From: Empedobacter falsenii | GTDB lineage: Bacteria; Bacteroidota; Bacteroidia; Flavobacteriales; Weeksellaceae | Direction: 5' to 3' | Assembly: GCF_013488205.1 (NCBI RefSeq) | Contig: NZ_CP040908.1 | Coordinates: 905,876-969,875 of the forward strand | DNA: 64,000 bases | Part shown: piece by piece, positions 31,459 to 39,372 of the stretch | Numbering within the stretch: position 1 is the first letter of the stretch | How the letters are laid out: each line of letters opens with the position of its first letter | Notes under the pieces: model-generated | What the model was told of the DNA's origin: nothing | Database searches by the model: none | Seen by the model: the letters and a program-made list of their open reading frames with translations, nothing else | Made by a program: the position numbers and the translations under genes

Positions 31459-32546
31459 TTCGTAAACATTGTTTTTAGTTCATTTAACACATTCGATCCG
31501 CCAGAAATTGAGATTTCTCCCACTTTATCAGCAATTTTTTCGATGTATTCCATTTCTTTCAATTTCCATAACGTTTCGTTTTCTTCCATCAATTTCGCAG
31601 TGTTCAACAAGCTTCTTGTCGAAGCAGTTTCCTCACGACGCGTAATCGAATTGGCTTGAGCCGTTTTTTCGGCAATCAAAACGCGGTTCATAATTTCTCT
31701 TATTTCTCCTGGAAGAATAATGTCTTTCATACCTGCGTCAATCAATTTTAGACCAATTTCTTGGAATTGAGCTTGATATTTTTGAATGATATAATTCGTT
31801 ACCGAATTTTTATCCGACATCAAATCATCAAAATTCATGTTTCCAATAAATTCTCTCAAACCTAATTGAATCGCTTGATAAATCATTTTTTCGAAATCTT
31901 TGTTCGATTGATAAGCGTTTAACAAATCAGTAATTTGATAATTTACCATAAAATTGATTCGCAATTGCGCTTTATCTTTTGTCAAAATTTCTTGTCCCGA
32001 AATTTCAATTGTTTGCGGACGCATATCAAAAGAAACCATCGAAATTTTTGTTTCGTTGTTGTAAAATTGGTATTCACCAGCTTTTAAAACCGAATCAAAT
32101 TCATTGTCTTTGAATAAAATTCCTTCGAAATATGGCGCAACAGAAATGATACGAATAGCTCCAGCTTTTCTCAAAATATCAATTTCTCTTTTTGTTAAAT
32201 TTTTAATTTCTTCAGTAGAATTCAACTCAAATTTTACAGCTTTTAATTGAGTTGAATTTTTCCAAATCATCACGTTTTTATTGTAAAATGAATTATAGAT
32301 TTGATTGTTTTTACATATAATTAACACTTCATTGTGTAATACTTCGATAAAATCTACCATCGATTTCAAAGTTTCATTTTCTAAAAACATTGTGTGGTAT
32401 TTTTCATCAATTATTTCGTTGATGTTTAATTTTTCGATGTTTTTATTGAATAAAATCCAATAGTTTCCTTTTGTGTAAACTTTTTCGATTTCGTTGTTTT
32501 TGATATAGATTCCAATTTCTTGGTTGTTAATTGCTAATTTTTTCAT
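31455..32546 (-). CDS. SPFH/band-7 (stomatin-like) domain protein, first gene of the rtcB operon
   Basis: SPFH-like core (QLRINFMVNYQITD ... AEKTAQANSITRREETAS) and a C-terminal coiled region. No TM helix is evident. Confidence 0.55.
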   Translation of the reverse strand: MKKLAINNQEIGIYIKNNEIEKVYTKGNYWILFNKNIEKLNINEIIDEKYHTMFLENETLKSMVDFIEVLHNEVLIICKNNQIYNSFYNKNVMIWKNSTQLKAVKFELNSTEEIKNLTKREIDILRKAGAIRIISVAPYFEGILFKDNEFDSVLKAGEYQFYNNETKISMVSFDMRPQTIEISGQEILTKDKAQLRINFMVNYQITDLLNAYQSNKDFEKMIYQAIQLGLREFIGNMNFDDLMSDKNSVTNYIIQKYQAQFQEIGLKLIDAGMKDIILPGEIREIMNRVLIAEKTAQANSITRREETASTRSLLNTAKLMEENETLWKLKEMEYIEKIADKVGEISISGGSNVLNELKTMFTK

Positions 32547-32867
32547 TTTATTATTTTTTTATAGGTTTTTACTATTTTATATTTCTCCTTTGTCGAAGAA
32601 TCTTTTTCTTAAAATTTTAATTAAAAAAGCTAAATCATTTTCCTTTTTCAAAACGGAATTTGAAGTTTGAGCAGCTTATTTTGATTTCTTGTTTTAATCA
32701 TTTCTTTCAAATCATTTTGACTTGATATTTTAGTTTAAACTTTAAATCAATCATCAACTAAAGTTTCAAATTCAGGTTTTAAACAAGTTTTTGATCTTAT
32801 TTCCAATTCATTTCTATGAAATAAACTCTCTATTCGAAAAGAAAACTTTTTAGCTTTTTTGTTTCCA

Positions 32868-33090
32868 ATGGTACCCTTTCGGGCGATAAAAACAGATTAA
32901 AAGTCTGATTTTAATGATTACTCTACCAACTGAGTTATTTCAGTTTCCTGAAAGTAGGAATCGAACCTACGACCCATCATTAATGATTGCTATACCGCTC
33001 AGCTATTTCAACCTCAGTTGAAAATGGGATTCGAACCCATGTGCATCATTGGGATTTTAATTATTCAGAATAGAAGTGATGAAACATTTT
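32868..33090 (-). ncRNA. candidate Y-RNA-like (YrlA-type) ncRNA carrying two tandem circularly permuted tRNA-like modules, upstream of the rtcB operon
   Basis: Minus-strand order in each module is T-arm, acceptor 3' strand, tetraloop, acceptor 5' strand, TA, D-arm, all closed by an AATGAT/ATCATT stem. T-loops are TTCGAAT and TTCGATT; D-loops contain GG. The 3' flank has a GCCC-GAAA-GGGT hairpin and ends in ACCA. Confidence 0.6.
32913..33050 (-). repeat. two tandem 69-nt units (32913-32981 and 32982-33050) forming the tRNA-like modules
   Basis: The units align end to end and show compensatory stem changes: TTTCAG/CTGAAA versus TTTCAAC/GTTGAAA, GTAGG/CCTAC versus ATGGG/CCCAT, ACTC/GAGT versus GCT/AGC. 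Confidence 0.7.
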
Positions 33091-33346
33091 CTACTACAAT
33101 GCTATACTGAAACATTTGTCAAGGAACAATTAAAATCGTTTGGTTGTTAAACCTTTGACAAAGTTGGAGTAGAAGTGTGCGAATGAATTGCGCAATAAAA
33201 TATTTTTTCAAAATAATTTATAAACTATTATGAATAGAGGGTTTTGTATTGAAAATATTTTGAATAAAAGTTGAAATAAAAATTTCTACGCAAATAGATT
33301 GCGTACTTTGATTTGAAATTTGTAGTATTGAACAAAGAAATCAACC

Positions 33347-34366
33347 ATGGCAACCAATAAAATTGCATTAATACGTTATCAAACGATCGATAAATGTCTT
33401 CAAAATCATTTTAGAAAATGGACATTAGAAGATTTGATAGAAAAAGTTTCGGAAGCATTGTATGAATATGAAGGAATAACTTCTGGTGTTTCGAAACGTA
33501 CAATTCAGGGCGATATACAAGTGATGCGCAGTGATAAATTGGGTTATAATGCGCCAATTGTTGTTCGAGAAAAAAAGTTTTATGAATACGAAGATCGTGA
33601 TTATTCGATTCATAATTCGCCTGTTTCGTCTGCTGATTTAGACAAAATGAAAGAAGTGATTTCGGTGATGAAACAATTGAATGGTTTTAATTATTTTGAT
33701 GATATGAACGAGATTATTACGCGTCTCGAAAATAATTTATCCAAACAAACTCATCAACAACCAAATTATATTCAGTTTGAGGAAAATCCTTTATTAAAAG
33801 GTTTGGAGCATTTGAATCGGTTGTATCAAGCAATTGTGAAGAAGCAACCTTTGTTGATTTCGTATCAATCATTCAAGGCAAAAAATCAAGAGCCAAAACA
33901 ACAAGTTTATTATCCGTATTTGTTGAAAGAATATCGTAATCGTTGGTTTTTATTGGCAAAATCGAGAAAAGATAAAAATTTGTATACGTTGGCTTTGGAC
34001 AGAATAGTTGAATTTTATGAGTTGGCAAATGAACCTTTTGTGGATGAGCAAGAGATTAATTTTGATACGTATTACAACAATGCGATTGGTGTAACGAAAA
34101 GTGTGAAAGAAAGAGAGCAACGTGTTGTTTTTCGTGTGAATAAAAAATTGGCGCCTTATGTGGTGACAAAACCAATTCATGCGACGCAAAAAGTATTGGA
34201 AGTGACGGATGAAGGAACTTTATTTTCGATAGAAGTTGTACATAATTTTGAGTTGGAACGAGAGCTTTTAGGATTTGGAGAAGAAATAGAAGTTCTTGCG
34301 CCGAGATTAGTGAAAAAAAGAATTAAAACACGATTAGAAAAAGCATTAGAAAAATATAAAAAATAG
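33347..34366 (+). CDS. HTH plus WYL-domain transcriptional regulator, divergent from the rtcB operon
   Basis: N-terminal wHTH followed by a WYL motif region (YYPYLLKEYRNRWFLLAKSR ... YTLALDRIV) and a C-terminal WCX-like extension. 339 aa. Confidence 0.8.
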   Translation: MATNKIALIRYQTIDKCLQNHFRKWTLEDLIEKVSEALYEYEGITSGVSKRTIQGDIQVMRSDKLGYNAPIVVREKKFYEYEDRDYSIHNSPVSSADLDKMKEVISVMKQLNGFNYFDDMNEIITRLENNLSKQTHQQPNYIQFEENPLLKGLEHLNRLYQAIVKKQPLLISYQSFKAKNQEPKQQVYYPYLLKEYRNRWFLLAKSRKDKNLYTLALDRIVEFYELANEPFVDEQEINFDTYYNNAIGVTKSVKEREQRVVFRVNKKLAPYVVTKPIHATQKVLEVTDEGTLFSIEVVHNFELERELLGFGEEIEVLAPRLVKKRIKTRLEKALEKYKK

Positions 34367-34406
34367 AATTTCTTTCATACATTTAATTCATTAAAAACTA
34401 CCTTAA

Positions 34407-35156
34407 ATGATATGGAATAAAAAATTGATGACACTTTTGAGTGTTTTTTTATTAAGCTTTTCTACAAGTTTGTTTGCGCAGAAAACGAGTAATTCTGTGA
34501 AGAAATACATCTATTTAACTTTTGATGATGGACCTTTGAATGGAAGTGAAAATATTGATGAGGTTTTCAAAAATGAGAAGTTAAAAGTGACTGTTTTTCT
34601 TGTAGGAGAACATGTGGAGAAAAATAAAACAATGACGGATTATTTTAAATATTACGAAGATAACCCGTATATCGAAGAATGTAATCACAGTTGGACACAT
34701 GCGAATGATCAGTACAAAAAGTTTTATAGTAACGAGCAAACGTCGGTTGCGGATATTTTGAAAAATCAATCGACCTTAAAATTACAAGATAAAATTGTTC
34801 GTTTACCCGGAAGAAACATGTGGAGATTGGATGGGAAATCGAAGAATGATGGAGCTTCAGGAGTGCAAACGGCTGATGGTTTAGCAAAGTTGGGTTATAA
34901 GGTTATTGGCTGGGATTTGGAATGGGCTCATCATGCAAAAGATGGAACGCCGGTGCAATCTGTTCAAGCGATTTATAAACAAATTGTTAATCAATTAGAA
35001 TCGAATAAAACCTTTACAAAGAATAATATAGTTGTGTTGATTCATGATGAAATGTTTCAGAATAAATGGGAAGAGTCCGAATTGAAACAATTGGTTGATC
35101 TTCTTAGAAAACATTATAATTATATTTTTGAGCAAATAAAATTTTATCCTCAATAA
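34407..35156 (+). CDS. polysaccharide deacetylase (NodB-homology) family protein
   Basis: Signal peptide. YLTFDDGP motif and His-rich motifs (HSWTH). Confidence 0.8.
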   Translation: MIWNKKLMTLLSVFLLSFSTSLFAQKTSNSVKKYIYLTFDDGPLNGSENIDEVFKNEKLKVTVFLVGEHVEKNKTMTDYFKYYEDNPYIEECNHSWTHANDQYKKFYSNEQTSVADILKNQSTLKLQDKIVRLPGRNMWRLDGKSKNDGASGVQTADGLAKLGYKVIGWDLEWAHHAKDGTPVQSVQAIYKQIVNQLESNKTFTKNNIVVLIHDEMFQNKWEESELKQLVDLLRKHYNYIFEQIKFYPQ

Positions 35157-35171
35157 ACCTTTATAAAATAC

Positions 35172-35199
35172 AAAAGCTGTCCAAATTGGACAGCTTTTT
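35172..35199. terminator. bidirectional intrinsic terminator
   Basis: AAAAGCTGTCCAA-ATTGGACAGCTTTTT. Confidence 0.75.
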
Positions 35200-35220
35200 A
35201 TATGTAATAATTTGTGTAAA

Positions 35221-35562
35221 TTAGTCTCCCATCATTCCTCCAACTAAAGAATTGACAACCGCTAAAACAATACCAAATAATAATGCGTACCAGAATCCGT
35301 CAACATGGAAACTATCTCCCATAATTGCGCTTGCTAATAAGATAATAATTGCTGTAATCACAAAAGAAAATAATCCTAATGTTAAGATTGTTACAGGTAA
35401 ACTAATAAAGTTTAAAACTGGTTTTACAATAGCGTTTAAAAGTCCAATAACAATTGCAACGATAATTGCAGAACCATACCCTTTTACAGATACTCCAGGT
35501 AAAATGTTAGCAAGTCCGAAAACAACTAATGCTGATACCAGAAGATTAATAATAAAGCCCAT
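35221..35562 (-). CDS. phage-holin-4-like family small membrane protein (four TM helices)
   Basis: 113 aa and strongly hydrophobic. Resembles the chromosomal 'phage holin family' proteins that occur outside prophages. Confidence 0.6.
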   Translation of the reverse strand: MGFIINLLVSALVVFGLANILPGVSVKGYGSAIIVAIVIGLLNAIVKPVLNFISLPVTILTLGLFSFVITAIIILLASAIMGDSFHVDGFWYALLFGIVLAVVNSLVGGMMGD

Positions 35563-35695
35563 AATTTGTATTTTTTAGATTAATATTTCCAATTAAAATC
35601 AAAAGCTTTGCCAAATTGTTAAAAATTTTAATAAAAATAAAAAAAGCTCAGAAATTTCTGAGCTTTGATCTTATTGTATTGAGAAAATATTCTTT

Positions 35696-37231
35696 TTATA
35701 ATTGTTCAAAAAGATATTTCATGTTCACTTCTTTGTCGATAATTTGAGCTAACTCATCAATATTAACACGTTTTTGTTCCATTGTATCACGGTAACGTAA
35801 AGTAACAGAATTGTCGTTTAACGAATCATGGTCAACAGTGATACAGAAAGGAGTTCCAATCGCATCCATACGACGATAGCGTTTCCCGATTGTATCTTTT
35901 TCTTCGTACATTACGTTGTAATCTAAACGTAATTTTTTCAAAATTTCTTTCGCTAATTCAGGTAAACCATCTTTTTTAACTAATGGTAAAACAGCCGCTT
36001 TAATTGGCGCTAATGCAGCTGGTAAAGACAATACTACACGTTCTGATCCATCTTCTAAAACTTCTTCTTTCAATGAATTTGAGAAAACTGCTAAGAACAT
36101 ACGATCCAAACCTACAGAAGTTTCTACCACGTAAGGTGTGTACGATTCGTTTGTTTCGTTATCGAAATATTGAATTTTTTTACCTGAATGTTGTTCGTGA
36201 GCTTTCAAATCGAAATCTGTACGAGAGTGAATTCCTTCTAATTCTTTGAATCCGAATGGGAATTTAAACTCAATATCAGCAGCAGCATTTGCATAGTGCG
36301 CTAACTTTTCGTGGTCGTGGAAACGGTAATTATCATTTCCTAAACCTAATGTTTGGTGCCAACGTAAACGTGTTTCTTTCCATTTTTCGTACCAATCTAA
36401 CTCAGTTCCTGGTTTTACGAAAAATTGCATTTCCATTTGTTCAAACTCACGTTGACGGAAAATAAATTGACGTGCAACAATCTCATTACGGAAAGCTTTA
36501 CCAATCTGAGCAATTCCGAAAGGTAATTTCATACGTCCAGATTTTTGTACGTTCAAGTAATTTAAGAAAATACCTTGAGCCGTTTCTGGGCGCAAATATA
36601 AATCCATTGCCTGATCAGCTGTTGCACCTAATTTTGTTCCGAACATCAAGTTGAATTGACGAACTTCTGTCCAGTTTTTAGAACCAGTTACAGGATCAGC
36701 AATTTCTAATTCTTCAATCAAAGCTTTTACATCATCTAAATCTTCGTTTTCCAAAGATTTTCCCATGCGCGCTAAAATTGTATTGATTTGATTTTGATAT
36801 TCTACAACACGAGGATTTGTCGCAACAAATTGATCTTTATCAAAAGCATCTCCGAAACGTTTTGCAGCTTTTGCAACTTCTTTCTCGATTTTACCTTCAA
36901 TTTTTGCACAATGATCTTCAATTAAAACATCGGCACGGTAACGTTTTTTAGAATCTTTGTTATCAATCAAAGGATCATTAAACGCATCAACATGGCCCGA
37001 AGCTTTCCAAGTAGTAGGGTGCATAAAAATAGCAGAATCAATGCCGACAATGTTTTCGTGCATTTGTACCATTGCTTTCCACCAATATTGTTTGATGTTA
37101 TTTTTTAGCTCAGCTCCGTTTTGACCATAATCGTAAACGGCTGATAATCCATCATAAATCTCACTCGATTGAAAAATGAAACCATATTCTTTCGCATGAG
37201 AAACTACTTTCTTGAAAATATCTTCTGACAT
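35696..37231 (-). CDS. glyQS: glycine--tRNA ligase (dimeric class II type)
   Basis: Class II aaRS motifs (FRNE, GLDR) and a C-terminal anticodon-binding domain. 511 aa. Confidence 0.9.
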   Translation of the reverse strand: MSEDIFKKVVSHAKEYGFIFQSSEIYDGLSAVYDYGQNGAELKNNIKQYWWKAMVQMHENIVGIDSAIFMHPTTWKASGHVDAFNDPLIDNKDSKKRYRADVLIEDHCAKIEGKIEKEVAKAAKRFGDAFDKDQFVATNPRVVEYQNQINTILARMGKSLENEDLDDVKALIEELEIADPVTGSKNWTEVRQFNLMFGTKLGATADQAMDLYLRPETAQGIFLNYLNVQKSGRMKLPFGIAQIGKAFRNEIVARQFIFRQREFEQMEMQFFVKPGTELDWYEKWKETRLRWHQTLGLGNDNYRFHDHEKLAHYANAAADIEFKFPFGFKELEGIHSRTDFDLKAHEQHSGKKIQYFDNETNESYTPYVVETSVGLDRMFLAVFSNSLKEEVLEDGSERVVLSLPAALAPIKAAVLPLVKKDGLPELAKEILKKLRLDYNVMYEEKDTIGKRYRRMDAIGTPFCITVDHDSLNDNSVTLRYRDTMEQKRVNIDELAQIIDKEVNMKYLFEQL

Positions 37232-37369
37232 AATTAATTGTGTGTTCTTATTTAAAGTGCAATTTTAGTGATTTTTGATGACTATTGAGGTATATTTTGA
37301 TAAAATCATAAAGCTTTAATCACTTGATAAAAAAATAAATTCAAATTGTTAGGCTAGTAAGAAAAATAA

Positions 37370-38125
37370 TTATTCAACTAATTTATTAAAATCTTCTTGG
37401 TTTCCATTGAAAACATTCAAATCAACATAAGTATTTATCCCTTTTATGTGCGCTCTATTTGCAAATTGCCAAAAATCCCAATGTCTATTATCCTTAATAG
37501 TTGGTTTTTTATATATATCCCTAAACCATATCATATTTTCCTCAAATTGACCTATTAAATAATCATTATAAAATTCTTCAGTTACATAAAGAATAGGCTT
37601 TTTGTTGTAATGTGAATGAATAATATTTTCAAATATCTTGATTTCAGAAATCAATTCATTTTTCGATTTTACAAGTTTACAATTTCCACCATATTCCAAA
37701 TCAATTACAGGGGGCAAATTATTTTGTTCAATAGGAACTGTTTCTATAAAATTATTAGCCTGCTCTTCACCTGTTTTGCAAAAAGTAAAAAAATGATATG
37801 CGCCAACAAAAAAACGATTTTTTTTAGCGTTTTTCCAATTATAATCGAAACGTTTATCTTTAAAATCTCCTCCTTCTGTAGCTTTTATATATACAAAATG
37901 AATTTTAGTTTTGTCTATTTTTTCCCATTCAATTAAATTTTGATGATTAGAAACATCAATTCCTTGTATAGGATATTTTTTAGATGATGGATAATTAAAT
38001 CTCAAAATTCCTATATAAAATAAAATACCAATTAATAAGATTAATGTAAATGGTAAAAGTTTGATATATTTTTTTCTACTTGAATGCATGCCATTATAAT
38101 AAAATATTTTATCTAAATTAATCAT
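37370..38125 (-). CDS. GH25 family lysozyme/muramidase with N-terminal TM anchor
   Basis: GH25 signature (GIDVSNHQ ... YIKATEG ... D) and an N-terminal TM helix. Confidence 0.75.
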   Translation of the reverse strand: MINLDKIFYYNGMHSSRKKYIKLLPFTLILLIGILFYIGILRFNYPSSKKYPIQGIDVSNHQNLIEWEKIDKTKIHFVYIKATEGGDFKDKRFDYNWKNAKKNRFFVGAYHFFTFCKTGEEQANNFIETVPIEQNNLPPVIDLEYGGNCKLVKSKNELISEIKIFENIIHSHYNKKPILYVTEEFYNDYLIGQFEENMIWFRDIYKKPTIKDNRHWDFWQFANRAHIKGINTYVDLNVFNGNQEDFNKLVE

Positions 38126-38180
38126 TTATATTTCAATCAAAAAAACATACTTTTAAATCATAAAAAAAAATGATAATCTT

Positions 38181-38699
38181 ATGAAAAAGTTTATTCTTCC
38201 TGTTATATTATTAAGTTTTGTTACAAGTTGTAATTCTAATAATTCATCTAGTTCATCAACGGAAAATAAAGTTGAAAATGAAGTGAAAGATTCAGTTAAA
38301 CCATCAGATGTTAATTATAATGTTGCGCTTGATTTTATGAATAATTATGTCGATTATATTATGGATACAATTGGTAAAATAAATCAAGATGAGTATAATA
38401 AACAAAACGAATTATTGACGCAAAGTTTTAAAGATCGATACAAATTTGTGCAAGATTCTGCTTATAAAGTTGAGCCAGAAGTTGGTTTGGATTTTGATCC
38501 GATTGTCGATGGGCAAGATTTTCCGGATAAAGGATTTAAAATAAAATCGATTGATAAGGCAACAGGTTTAGTGACTTTGCAAGGAATAGATTGGCAAGAT
38601 TTTGAAGTCATTTTGAAAGTTGTTAACGAGAATAATAAATCGCTAGTAAATGGTTCTGGGATTATTAATATTCCGACGGACAAACAGGCAAAAAGATAA
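38181..38699 (+). CDS. hypothetical lipoprotein
   Basis: Lipobox VTSC followed by a Ser-rich linker. Confidence 0.45.
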   Translation: MKKFILPVILLSFVTSCNSNNSSSSSTENKVENEVKDSVKPSDVNYNVALDFMNNYVDYIMDTIGKINQDEYNKQNELLTQSFKDRYKFVQDSAYKVEPEVGLDFDPIVDGQDFPDKGFKIKSIDKATGLVTLQGIDWQDFEVILKVVNENNKSLVNGSGIINIPTDKQAKR

Positions 38700-38784
38700 A
38701 GTGATGAAAACTGAAAATTCTATAATAAACTTGGAAAATGATATAAATTTTCAGTTTGTTTTGATTTGAATTTTTTGTTTATTT

Positions 38785-39246
38785 TTGTCCAACATGAAAA
38801 TGCAACATTACATAAAGTATGTTTTGTCGGTGGTTTTGATTTTCTCAAATCTTAACTACGCATTTTCTATGCATTTTTGTCAAGGAGAAATGGAGCAAGT
38901 GAAGTTGAATCATTTGGATAATAATTCGTGCGAAATGGAAGTTTCTACTTCGTGCTGCCCTCCAAAAACAGAAAAAAAACATTGCGAATTACCAGAAAAC
39001 AATAAATCTAAAAAAGACGATTGTTGCAAAGATATTTCATATTCGGATAAGTTTGTGGAAAAGCAAATTGTCAAAATTCAGAAACTTGTTCCAATTAGTT
39101 TTATAGCTTCTGAAATTCTTCAAATTAGAATTCCGATTCAAGATGAAGAGGTAAGTAATCAATCAAATTTTCTTGACTTTTATGTTGCGTCAAATGCGCC
39201 GCCAAATTATATACTCAATTCTCAATTAACATTTTACGAAGGATAA
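38785..39246 (+). CDS. HYC_CC_PP family protein (Cys-rich, putative metal-binding), upstream of a TonB-dependent receptor
   Basis: HFC ... SCCPP ... DCCKD motifs plus a signal peptide. Sits immediately upstream of the receptor gene. Confidence 0.55.
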   Translation: MSNMKMQHYIKYVLSVVLIFSNLNYAFSMHFCQGEMEQVKLNHLDNNSCEMEVSTSCCPPKTEKKHCELPENNKSKKDDCCKDISYSDKFVEKQIVKIQKLVPISFIASEILQIRIPIQDEEVSNQSNFLDFYVASNAPPNYILNSQLTFYEG

Positions 39247-39372
39247 TAACCGTTGTTTTTGATTAAATCAATCAGAAAACAATAAGCTATTATCTAAATA
39301 TTAAAGTATTTGTTAAAAATTTAATCAACAAGTACACAATAATAAATAGGCATTGAGCCTTAAATCGTAAAA

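Noticed and set aside
32913-33050. tRNA-like fragments interpreted as attL/attR remnants of an integrated island carrying rtcB
   Set aside because: No integrase or recombinase lies nearby. The fragments are internally rearranged, not 3'-end duplicates. Stems show compensatory substitutions between copies, which argues for selection on RNA structure.
35252-35578. 108-aa ORF antisense to the holin-family gene
   Set aside because: Mirror-frame artefact of a hydrophobic membrane protein gene. No independent signals.
35221-38125. Possible prophage lysis cassette (phage-holin-family protein plus GH25 lysozyme)
   Set aside because: The genes are separated by glyQS and are not adjacent to any capsid, tail, terminase or integrase genes. 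Both families are common chromosomal housekeeping membrane/cell-wall proteins in Bacteroidota.
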